64,000 nucleotides of DNA from Lingula anatina (Eukaryota; Animalia; Brachiopoda): contig CM120643.1 of NCBI GenBank assembly GCA_051362555.1, forward strand, positions 14,420,644 to 14,484,643. Direction: 5' to 3'. The translations under genes were made by a program, and so were the position numbers. Positions 26,501 through 38,586 of this stretch are shown here, in pieces. Positions within the stretch are counted from its first letter, which is position 1. Each line of letters opens with the position of its first letter. The notes beneath the pieces were generated by a model. The model did not search any database. It saw nothing but the letters and a program-made list of their open reading frames with translations, and had not been told where the DNA came from.

Positions 26501-29297
26501 GATATAACGACCACCCACCCCCCACCCCCCACCACACGGTACCCCCTTAAATAGTGGTCACAGATAGCTAGAATAAGAACATCCTTTTTATCTGACCCAG
26601 TCAGACAAGCAGATCTCGTCCAGGTTGATTTGTGCCTTACAATCAATCTGCTGACTGCAAGAGATACGATATATTAATAATTTACCACCTTCACACGGTG
26701 CATGACGGTTCACAGGCGGAGGCCAGGTAAGTGCAACATCATCCAGCAATGCAGGTCTGGAACTTTCTTGCTTTATACCGATAGGTAACTTTGTTTGTAT
26801 CTAGGCTGATGGGGTACTAGGTTGTATTAACCTCCCCCCCCCCCCCTTTATACACTGGACGGCGTCCTTTCTGCCTTCTTTGTGCGACCATGAAACAGGC
26901 ATCGCTGTGGTCGTAGAAAGGAGGCACAAACATCGCTTTGGTTGCAGAATGAATGCCAGTTGTCGGCACGTGAAGTATTTTTTTTACTATACGGGACGCA
27001 GGGAAGGAAGCCGTCCAATGTAAAGGGGGCTTAAGATGCTTGGGAAAAAAAAGAGGCGGCTAGGATTTCCAGACTCTTCTCTGTTTTAGCTTGGAATAAG
27101 GGCTCAAATACTGTACAAAATAGCTCGGGTCAAAATCTCCACCTGGAGGAGTGAACGGATAATTCGCCAGATTTGCCAAGGTAATGATGTGTGGGCACAC
27201 GACGGCATTGAAAATGGGACAAATTGCTCCCTGTTTCTCAAAAGCCATCATACATCTGTCTAATGACATGTTCTGACTCACAAAATGCACCGACGAATTT
27301 TAATAGTCACTATATGGATTTTTAGTGTCAGTTGCTGTGTGACATCAATGATAGAAAAAATAACGTTGCATTGCTAAATAAGATCACAGGTTTAGATAAG
27401 TAAAAATTGCAAGTGTACTTAGTTCGTATTACTACACGACTGTTTGGTAATGAATATTGCTTCGATAATTTCATTTTTCAAATGCAATTTGAGTATTTTG
27501 ATTTTATTCTGTATAGGGTGGTATATTATCTAGGTGATTTAATTATTTTGTTACACGTCGTCTCTTTTTGTTTGATGTTGAGTAAGGCTGTCATTTTCAT
27601 TTCATTTTCAAAAACGTAATTTCATGTTAACATCGATTTCATTCTTTCTGAATAATTTGGTCTCACTCCTCTGTTTGTGGCCACACTTTGCAAGTTCAGA
27701 ATGCGGTTTCCGGTGTCGTATCCGATTCAGATATCACCAAATGTTTCATCAAGACAAATTAATGTGGTGGTCAGATTATTTCACCTAAACCGACGCCGAT
27801 TTAGGTTTATTTGCATAGGTGGTTGGGTCATCAATTCAACAATTAAAATACAGCATCAGTATATATTTGACATAGGTGGCTGGGTTGGGCGGATTTTCCG
27901 TCCAACATATGAGTCTTTGAATGAGCTAAACTTTCCATCTGAATCATTTATACCTAATTATCAACTATTCTCATACTTAGGTTGTGTTCCACACCCGAGT
28001 GAATCCTTCTCCACCTGAATAGTGTTACAGCTGTAATCATAACCCGTAGAACTGTTGGGCCATAATAATGCATACCCTCTCTTACAGTCTTCGAAACTGC
28101 AATAAATATATAAATATTCAGAGAAAATAAGTCATTATGGCTATTCCAAATACCCATATAATATGTTGAGACCCAAAGACACACATATTGAAATACAGCA
28201 AATGTCTACTTGTATTTCTTATATGCTTAAGATTCTTGAATGTTATTAAAGAACGAAATTGATGGTCGAAATGTACAGAAAGCGTGAAATTAACGTCATA
28301 GACTTGGCAACTCCGTACATGACAAGCGGATATTCGTTAAGTGTAATCAATGGCAACCATTATATTGATCATGAGAAAATATGTATTAGAAAATGTTGCC
28401 TTACAAGTTGGTTTCTAGTTGCAAAAGTAAGAGGGCATTTTCCCGAATCTGGATTTGCATGACACCAGACTGGATTATGTATTGATCAGGAGAGGGAAGT
28501 TAGAAATACGGGAAAGAGCCATTGTGGGTTGCTTGCTGATCGTTTGGCTATCAAAGGTAAATTGAAGAATGAGAGGTAGAGAATTTGAGAGACGAGAAGC
28601 GACGAACTGGTGAAACATACCTGAACCCTGATCAGTCGTAATACATACTTTACTTTACGTGATATTCATGTAGATTTGTTTTGCAGAAGACGTGTGGTGT
28701 ATGGTTATAATATTCTTCCCAATAGATAAAGTACCGGGGCTCGGGCTCATAAAACCATCGGCTTATACAACAGACTTCTATTAGACTTACTATTCACCCG
28801 CTGCAATGCTTATAACAGCAAGAACATGATATCATTTGTTTTCATTTATTTGTTTAGTGTTAGGATTGACGGATGCAATATGTGAATAGGGCTTTGTCAT
28901 ATTGTTTTGCGGTCAAGAGAAGAGAAATGATTAAGTTGTCGTCGATAAGTAAACATGATACCGTACATCTTGATAAGTGCGCGTATGTCTGTGACAATTG
29001 AATGTTAATAAATCACAGGCTCATGAATGTGCTGAAAGATCATGTATTAGAAAAATTTAGGTGATGGCCTCCTTTGAGAATAAATCTATGTATAAATTTT
29101 ATCTAAATCATTTCCGTAATGTTTCATAATGGCTAGTTATGAATCTAACTACTGGTGAGACAGATGTTTTAACATTAGAAAAGTGCCTAGGCCAATGTGC
29201 TTAATTTTTATTATAAGGCTTGAAATGATTAAGGTGTAGCAACGGCAAAATACATGCTGCCATTTGTGTCACATAAATAAAACAAGGGCTAGCGTTT

Positions 29298-29340
<43 letters not shown>

Positions 29341-29902
29341 CTTGCGAACTGCGTCACAGTATATAATGGCGGTCCTTTTTATATCATTAAATGTCAGGAC
29401 ACAAATTAAAAAATATTTCTTTCATTGCCTTTATGTGTAATGATAATGACACGTATAGTTGGAACACGCCTTTTCCTGCAATGTTTCGGTTCCTGCAATG
29501 CCAGTGTTTACAATCAGGAGCGAACCTTTTACGCAAATTAATAGATATTAAAAGCATTATCATTAGGAATAACCCAATATATTGTGTGTAGGGGTAGGTC
29601 TCATCTACCGCAACCATTATCTTTGTTCACTTCCTTCTGCACTTTACTAATAACACTCTCCTCAGGGCCGTCAGTATATCTAGGACTCCAACCGAAGAGG
29701 TTTCTCGCAGTCGTCATGTTCAGAGTTAGAACCGTAAGTTAAATTGAAAGCTTTCAGACTTTTGAAATAGTTAGACATGGAAACAATTGGTTGGTTAACT
29801 TGATCGCCTGGTCGTTGATCTAGATAAAAATGTCATCAGTCTGGTGAGGCGTGTTTCCTTCACGGAGTCAGTCAAGGAACCGAATTAGTTCAAACCTTTT
29901 TG

Positions 29903-29904
<2 letters not shown>

Positions 29905-29940
<36 letters not shown>
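29905..29940. repeat. Poly-G tract (~36 nt)
   Basis: Seen directly. Also a poly-T of ~40 nt at 29300-29338 and poly-C tracts near 3329, 13550, 14311 and 53390. Confidence 0.95.
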
Positions 29941-29941
<1 letters not shown>

Positions 29942-32844
29942 GATGGGGGGCATGTGCAAACATACAAAAAACGAATTGTCAACATGCCAAGCAACGTGTC
30001 AATTTTGAATTGTTTCTGTGCCTTTGCCAAGAATATGACCTTTTGATGACGTACTTTGAATAATTTTTCTCCGAAAACGTTCAGCTAACACAGTCATTTT
30101 CACCAATTTATTCAAACACTCGCAGCTGTTTCACATGCACCCTTTACCAAGAGTGATGACGTCTTTCTTGTGCAAAACTCCTCGCATATACAAGGTAGAT
30201 CAGAAATGTGTACATCTAGTAAATATCCATAGAAATATCTGTGAATATATATTATCAAAGAAATCTGTTTATGACTTCGATAGAGGGCATGTAACAGCGA
30301 AGTGCATCTGTTAATTGTTGCTGCAGTCATATGCTCGTGCGCGTCTGATTACATTTTTGATCGTAATGGCACTTGTAAATAAGAGCAGCCAGTTATTGTT
30401 GCCAGCACGAAGCTCGATAACGTTTTTATGTTTTGCACAAATGTTGATGAATTATTGTCACGATAGAAAATTGATTGTTAAAGCTAGGTGCGCCACACCT
30501 AGGTAAAATATTGCAATACAACAAGAAAAAATGTCATAATCTTTGGCAAATGTGTTTGTGGTTGGCTGTCGCTAATATTTGATGCATGCATATGCACTTG
30601 ACAGTGGCATTAAATGGCGGTTAATGACAAGTTATCATGATCGTTTTATTGAAATTTGTCTCATTTGTTAGGAACCACCACGCACAGTATATACAGAATA
30701 TATACACGTATATAGTAGGTATAGATGTATATATATATATATATGTAAGAAACACCATATTTTAATACGATAGGGGATATCACCACATTCTTGCAAACCG
30801 TCATGAACTCAGATCGGACGAAACGAAGTCAGATCTCGTCGTCTCAAGCATATTGTTAAAAATGCACGTTTTTCAACTTGGGAATTTTTTCAATGTTATC
30901 CCTGGAAAGGTTATTAGGTACATGCACGCAAGATTTGGATAAAACAAAAAATAGAGCTGTCGACTAGCACAAAACACACTGTTAGAACCTAAGAAACTGG
31001 AACAAACTGGTTCTTAGAAACCCAGGTGTTGTCACCTGCACGAGCAGATAATCTGAAAGCGATAGCTTTCATCAGCTTAATAACTCCAAAGAAACGACCT
31101 CCGGTGCGCATGAAGTTGCTTCTAGAAAACCTTACGAGTGTTGAGCAAATGTAGATTCTGAGAAAAAAATGAAGTCAGTGAGTTGCCAGCCTCATCGGGG
31201 AAACACAAATGCTATCTCAGTAAAATGTCGTTGGAAGACAAATGAGGCCACTTATCTTGGATTAGCGAAATGAATACAGGTAAGTCATACTTAACGAGCA
31301 GGTAGGGCCTATCATTTAGTTATTGGATTCTGCTCATCTGTGAATTAAACGCACACATAAAATGGACATGCTATTCGTGACTCATTTCGTGGCTTAAAAC
31401 TACACTCTGCCGCATATGGTTTTAGTGTGCTTGCAGGGCGGGACCAGAGATATTTTCTGACAGTCTTCCAAGTTATCTTCGTTGACCCATCCTCCATTTT
31501 TGACCGTCTTCCGACAGAAAAAAATTAGATACCCATCAATGGTAACTTAAAAATCTGACATTCTTCTGGAAGAACCAGAAGACGACCTCAACCCGTCCCT
31601 AGCTTGTATGCGTGCTTCTCTCTCTCTCTCTCTCTACTCCCCCCCCCCCCTTTAGCCCGACGGCGTAAAAGGAGATAGTAGTAGCAGTAGTAGTACATAT
31701 GAAAATCAAAGTTGTTCATTAGACATTACCTTTTTTTAAAGGGAGGTACCCCTATTCATCCCCTCCCCCCACCCGCTCCAGATCAAGGACTGGTACCCCC
31801 ATCCCCCCTTTCACTTTTGATCTCCTGACAGCAGGACAGAATCCAACCCTGGCGAATGTCTAGGGCAGCGGCTTTACTACGAGAAGCTCGGAAAATCACA
31901 CTGCGTAATGCGTCGAGTTCGAATGATGTATCGAAACAACTTGTCAAGCTAAGCTAACGAACTGTAATAATAAACTGCAACCCAAATTATATACTTTGCT
32001 GGAACATGTTCGGTAATTGCAGGCGGTGATACACAAGTCATCTGTGTAATATGAGTCCAACTGCAATTCACTCTGCCCATATTCTATTGTGTTTTAATGG
32101 CTTTTCATCGGAAATCACATTTTACTCTAGATTGTTGCCGCGGTTTTAGAGACATTAAAGGCATCAATTGATAAGCGGTTTGGGAGGGGGGTTAAGCGGT
32201 GGAGGAAACTGAAAAGTATTATGTTGTTTAATAAGGTTGGAAGTTATTATTGCTACGATTGTAAACTCTCTACCTGGATGCTAGAGCAGTTAACCGCGAA
32301 TTAATCGTCAGTATGGACTATCAACCCAGGAGAGAATCCAGCCGTCATAATACTTAATCTACCTTTAGCTTAGTGTTATCGTGGTGTCAGTTAAAAAAGT
32401 GAAAGCAGTTTCAACTAGGCACGAATATTAATGCATATTAATGAACTAGACCGCAACTCGATAGCTAGAATTGCTTTTTGTACTTAGAACAGCATTTCCC
32501 CCATATATTATTTAGTTAAAGTATGCTGTTGGGGATGCTTTTAACGTACTTCTTAGACATGTTAGAAAATTTAAAAGCAAAGCTTGAGAAATAATATGCC
32601 CTTTAGACACATGGGTCATTTTGGGTCACTTTTTAAACCTCATATACATCACCAGAAGCAACATGACACATACCAACTTCTTAAACATTTCCACAAGTAG
32701 GGATGGTTTCGTGTATTTATACATGTACATGCATATACATCTATTGTATATGCAGCTATATAATCTTACCTTCAATTAAGCGCCCAAGATACAGTTTGAT
32801 ATTCAAACAGAATATACGTGTACATTAAGAGTGATGACACAATT

Positions 32845-33075
32845 CAGTTCGAGAGTCTTACCTACACTTTCAGCTCAATTATAGATAAAGGAGGATGATA
32901 TAGGCATTGCATGTCTAATCTGTGAGCCAATATCTTACAGTATCTGACTCGATCGATAACAGTTCGAGTGTCTAACAACGTATATGAACTTCAGTTTTTT
33001 CTCAGTTATAGGTAGATGAAACAGGATGAATTAGATAATATGTCTAATCTGTGAGCATATATATTACAGTATCTT
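32845..33075. repeat. Degenerate tandem duplication (~120-bp unit, 2 copies)
   Basis: CAGTTCGAG.GTCT, AGGATGA and ATGTCTAATCTGTGAGC...TTACAGTATCT each occur twice in the same order. Confidence 0.75.
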
Positions 33076-33318
33076 ATTTGAACCTAATGGCTTGGCTTGC
33101 TATCCATGATCAAATATAATTATCAAATAGATAATATGAAGGTAAATATTCTAAGTTTAATGCGTGTAGGCTTAATCGATTAAGTTGAACTGTCACACAT
33201 AGCGATTTGTTATTATTTTATTTTTTATTAATAAATCTCTCTCTTTCTCTCTCCCATGCGTGCGGGCGCATGAGAGAGAGAGAGAGATTTAGACGGTGTA
33301 GCTAGCTGAGACACCCAT

Positions 33319-33321
33319 GTA

Positions 33322-33386
<65 letters not shown>
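33319..33386. repeat. (GT)n microsatellite with GC interruption
   Basis: Seen directly. Confidence 0.95.
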
Positions 33387-33388
<2 letters not shown>

Positions 33389-33865
33389 TACAAAACCCGC
33401 CAGTGTACATGAGCGGCTGGAGCTCGCAAAGTGTAAAGTGTATATATAACACCATCACATTGAGTTGTTTGTCAGAATTCTAGCTCAATATATCATTTAT
33501 CGCCCTTATATTCAGAAGTTCTTAATCCTTAGGTCTACACAACATTTCACGAGTATCGCTATAATACGAATACGAGCAGATAACGTATACACACCAGTCT
33601 ATGGTGGAACACTGTTAAAGGCACGCCGCTCAATTAAGGTATAAGATACCCGGCTGACCAAGGTGGTCTCAGTAATGAGGTGTTTTTTCTCAGGTGTGAC
33701 GCGCGTACGGTTACTCTGAACAAACCGTGTCATCAGACGTAGAACAAAACCGTAAGGCGACAGTCACGCACGGGTTCCATGGCAACGGGAATATCTGCTA
33801 ATATTTGTTGGAGTAGCAGCACTTGGGGGGTATCGCTCGTCTGAACGGCGTTCTGTTAGTTGACC

Positions 33866-33947
33866 GATATAAGACAGCTGTGCTTTGAAAACGGTTCTAG
33901 AGACAGATGACATCACTGACAACAGATACATCGAGATTTTGGTAAGT
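33866..33947 (+). promoter_or_regulatory. Candidate promoter and non-coding first exon of the monooxygenase gene
   Basis: TATA-like GATATAAGA near 33867 and a strong donor TTG|GTAAGT at 33942. An X-box-like GTTCCATGGCAAC lies near 33774. The first good downstream acceptor noted is at 40941. The linkage is inferred only. Confidence 0.25.
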
Positions 33948-36282
33948 TAATTGATTAGGACTACAGTCTTGACCGATTCTTACTATACGAGGGTTATTTT
34001 ACATGCGTACACTGCATCCTGAGGTCGCGGTCAGGTAATTTTTTTAAAGTTAAAACGAAAAAAGAAGAAAACAACGTTTCCAAGATTAGACGCTCGATTG
34101 CATAAATCCGCATAACAGTCTCTCTTTGATCCTTAAATGGCAATCTCGCTCTCTGGGGCCTGAAAATGAATAAAGTAATAATTTCTAGTCATCTACAGTC
34201 ATTTATTGCACAATTTGATCACTATTAGTGGTTTGGGAGAGAAGGGAGTCTTATGGGCTGGAAATTGACGTCACTGAGACAAGTGTAGACCCCGGTCGTT
34301 TGTAATGTGTAGATCCACAGCAGAGGTTCCTAAACACCTGTGACGTCAATATCTGGTTGATAACCTCTCTTTTCTCCGAAGTGATCAAAATACGCAGAAA
34401 ATAACAGCAAAAGGACTAAAAATCATATTTTTATTCATTTTTAGGTTCGAAAAAATTGACAGTCTCTTTTGAGTAAAGGGACCAGTAAAGCTCGTGGGGA
34501 TGGAGCAGATAGAGGTAACATCAACGGTATTGTACCCTCTACCAGGGCGACAGATTGATTTTTCACAAGAATTCACAGATATCTCTTTAGATAAATAGAC
34601 AGTCATTTGATTCTCTGCCAAATCTCCCCACAATATCTGCCACCATGGTAGAGGGTAATGGTATTGTATGGAGCTCTGCATGGTACACTGTCACTCTCGG
34701 CAGCTCAAGAGACAACAATTTTTTTCTTCACAAACAAAACACCGTGAGATGTACCCTCTGATATCAGCCCCCTCCCCCTAGAATACTATACAAAATCACA
34801 CTTTTGTAACAGACTACTAGCGCACCCTGTGGCCAGAGAGTAGTTGAAATGTATGTAGATTACGCCCACGATCTAATAGGGGCTAGTTCCGGGAGTTAAG
34901 TCTAAATAGGATTTCACATACCTTGTAAAAAAAAACCGAAATGAGATGATTCGTGTGCGCAGGCTTTGTGAGCATTCGCCGTAATTGCTTTTCTAATTAG
35001 AAACCTCTGAGCATTTAATCAAACAGCAATCTGAGAGTATAGCCTATTCTTTAACTATCGCATGCAGAGTCATCTACTATTATACAAAGAACGTTGCCGG
35101 GGAGAAACGTAATTGCACAGCGTGATTTTGTTGGCATGCGTTGAAGTTTCATTCTAATTTTCTAACAATGATGGATTAAAAGTCTACTTCATTTTGCGAT
35201 CAGCGTGCCAATTGTCCCGTATCACATGAATGTAAATGCCATCAATTTGGAGTCTAAGAATTCTTCAAACAATGCTCGACCATAATTATAAGTTACCGCA
35301 TCTACTTTGCAAGGAAGTCGGAGTCCTAGAATGTGTAACCGTTAGCATGTTCTATGTATATGACAGTTCGTGATACTCTATAACATTCGGGTGCTTCAAG
35401 AACGGTATCGTTTGAATAAATGCGAGTAAGGTCTTTAGCTCAAATAAATCTACATTCTAGATCACGATCCATGAACATTCCGTAAATCTCTGTAGTGTCA
35501 AGGTTGCATTTTTAAGTGTATGGTACTAGCAACTGTTCTGTTAATGAAGACATTTGAGAGCAACAAGCATTGGATTCCTATAAAATCCATTTGAAGCCTT
35601 TGCATAAAAAGTACACAGCATGAGTCTGATTCGTGGAATCTGTTAATTTGCTTTTAAAAAACGACTTTTTTCCTAACAGATGTGCAAAATTCCTTACTGT
35701 TTTCATTTTACTAATTGGATGCATATTTTTGAAAGTGCCATCAGTGTGCTACAGGCGCAAAATAAATTCATCGTATCATGGATATCGGTTCGTTACACAA
35801 CAATTTAGTTTGATTACATTTAGGGCAAATTTCCCAGTTATCATTGTATGGGCTTTTTAATTTTGTAGTAATACGATGAAAGTTCCTAAATCCACTTAAG
35901 GCATTAATGTCATATGTCACTTTAACCTCTGACACTATTCAGGCTGATTAAAGGCACTTATTATATCAAAGTAATGACTTGCAAGGGGTTGTTAGACATT
36001 TCGTCAATCCATTTGCTTTTATGTGTACGATATTTATTGGCGCTTTGTCGATATATCATCTGAAATAAAGTAAGGTTTAGTGATCTGTATTTTTTTTTTT
36101 AATTTTCAAAATTTATCAGAAAGAACCCATGTTTGGCGACAGATGTTGTAATCCTCAGTGAAATAATTACATAATGATTTATATTTTTAATCCGAGAGAT
36201 ATGAGTTATCCCTAAATGCGTTAAGCCGTACGCGCATTATGTCGTCACACTTGCTTCCAATGGCTCAGATACATGGGTATTA

Positions 36283-36559
36283 GGGAGTATTCAGATTCAG
36301 ACATCGCACCAGCTGGATCGATCCAACTCTGTGGTTATTTTCGCAAAAGTGCAGTCAAAGTTATCAGTTTAATTGTTTGACATGCACCCTCGAACAGCTA
36401 GGGGGTAAATAACTTTCGTGTGCGCTTGGCTTGATTATTCCTAAGATACTCGAGGAGGCGTGTAAGACAATAAAGCTAATTACTTGAATGCATTTTAGCG
36501 AGAATCCCTGCAGAATTGAATCGATCCAGCTGGTACGATGTCTGAATTTGAATGCTTCC
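36283..36559. mobile_element. MITE, PIF/Harbinger-like
   Basis: ~50-bp TIRs: GGGAGTATTCAGATTCAGACATCGCACCAGCTGGATCGATCCAACTCTG vs CAGAATTGAATCGATCCAGCTGGTACGATGTCTGAATTTGAATGCTTCC. Flanks are TTA/TCA. Confidence 0.75.
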
Positions 36560-37675
36560 TCAGACTCTCAAAGAGTATTAGTTTGCGCTCAATTTTGTCA
36601 GCCCAAAAATCCTTAGCCTTAGAGAGCCAATTGTCTGTAAGCATTAAGATAAGGACTGTATCACCAGTTTGCCTCAACTTGCCAATCATAATCAACATTA
36701 GTTTACGACATGGCTTTGGTTTTATCACATTTCTTAGACCTTTGACATTCGGCTAATTCTGAAAAAAAAAGAAAGAAAAAAAACAGCAACTGAGCGAGTG
36801 CGAGTGGTCTGTCTTATTGATATTCCGGCCAAGTGCCACTCACAGCCTATCAACAGTAAACAGAACAGTAAACAGGAATGTGTGTGTGGAACCTACCATA
36901 GCCTGCGTGTTCTTACCAGCTTGTGAATCAACCAGACGAAAAACAAACCTATTTGTAACTAAGTTCGAGCACACTATGATCTATTCATCTCTAGAGAAAT
37001 TACCTATTTAATATGAAAAAGGCATCTCAGTGCGACTGGTATTAGATTGTTAGCGGTAAGCCAAATCCCAAAAGCTTTCAAAAAGGTTCCGCTGGCATCC
37101 ACACGATATTGATTGATATATCGCCAAGAGAGAGAGAGAGAGATGCAATATATGTTCGTGTGAAATAAGGTTGAGAAGATTTCTCCTTAAACTTAAAAAC
37201 TTTGAATTGAATCGCAATTATTATATAAAGTTCACTGTAGATTTTTATATTTTATTATGTTATATATGTAAACTCGCTAGGGTGCAAAAAATGGGAGGCA
37301 AGAGGTATCTTGCAGCTCGCCTGAGAAGCATTTTGCACGAACACGTGCAATTCATGTTTTTTCTTTTATTATATATACCGGCATGTCACCTCACACGAAG
37401 AAAAAATCCTCCGCCGCAACACGTTCCATGCACCGAAAACATTATCTAAAGACAAGATATTGAGTCGTTGTTTATTATCGCCAAACTTTTGGCACACTTG
37501 TCGGCGTGATTTTTCACTTTGAATTATATTCGAAGATGTTTGGGAAAAAGAGAGTCTCTACAGACTCTCTCGGCAGATTAATATGTGTCATTGGCAGAAG
37601 GTGGCGCTGGTGGGCTCAGTGTGACGTCACATATTAACGCTCAACCCAACTGACCCAAAAGGCTTTGTAACCGCA

Positions 37676-37829
37676 GACTCCATTCCCATAGACGTCATAA
37701 GTCTACTTATCCCAACTCTGCAGGGACTTTCGCTGAGTGCAATCAGCTTAACTGCTGTACCCTCAGCTAAACTGATGTAAAGTTGGATCGATCTACTGGT
37801 AGACCGATGGTGTCTATTGGAATGGGGCC
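37676..37829. mobile_element. MITE, PIF/Harbinger-like (same family as 6820-7073)
   Basis: Left end GACTCCATTCCCATAGAC, right end GTCTATTGGAATGGGGCC|TTA. The internal CTTTCGCTGAGTGCAATCAGC is shared with the 6820 copy. Confidence 0.65.
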
Positions 37830-38435
37830 TTAGTTCATAATGGGAGGTAGTCTGTGTGTTACGGAGTATCAGAAAATCTTTGGCCCTGGATGCCCTCCGA
37901 TTTCATCAGAACAAATTGGACGTAAGCACGGTACATACCGGGCTATCGTATACACGGGATGAAGTTGATGGATAGGTACCCAGATAGCTGGTGTTATTGG
38001 CTGTAGGTCCCCCAGATGATGGATTGAAAGTAATATAATAGAAGGCAGAGTGAGCGAAATATTGATCAGCATTTTTAGTCACTATAATTGAAGAGAGTTT
38101 GTCTTCCTTTTGTGCTCCGGGCACATTTTTCTTGGGACCCAAATTAATTAGATTCATTAAATTTTGTTCTATGAACCATAAAACGTTAATCACATGACAT
38201 AAATCCGACGTATGAAATATGTGTAATTAACGTATACAGTGCTGCACATAAATATGCTCACAATAAGTCAATGTTTCATTCAACATCTCTTTAGACTCAA
38301 CGAAATAAAGAATGAATGGGGTGGCCATTGTTTTATGGAGCACTGGGTAATCATCGAGCAGAGAAGGAATTTTAACACTTTCGAAAACTTTGCTAAACAG
38401 TACATTGGTTTATGAGTGAATGAATAGAATTAAAT

Positions 38436-38586
38436 TGAGAATTATGTAGAACTCTGATAGTGGAACTAATGTTAGCAATCTGACCGCCGTTGCGGTCTCA
38501 ACCTGAGACCTTTTACCTTACCTAGTGAAAAAACGTCGGTCAGTTGCTAAAGTAAGTTCCTGTAACAGTTTTAAACATAGTTCTCA
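38436..38586. repeat. ~150-bp imperfect foldback (probable MITE)
   Basis: TGAGAATTATGT..GGAACT..TTAGCAATCTGACCGCCGTT pairs with AACGTCGGTCAGTTGCTAA..AGTTCC..ACATAGTTCTCA. There is an inner hairpin GGTCTCA-ACC-TGAGACC. Confidence 0.7.

Noticed and set aside
34815-34835. CTCF-like motif (others near 11187 and 39375)
   Set aside because: Imperfect matches of this kind are expected by chance in 64 kb, and there is no supporting evidence.
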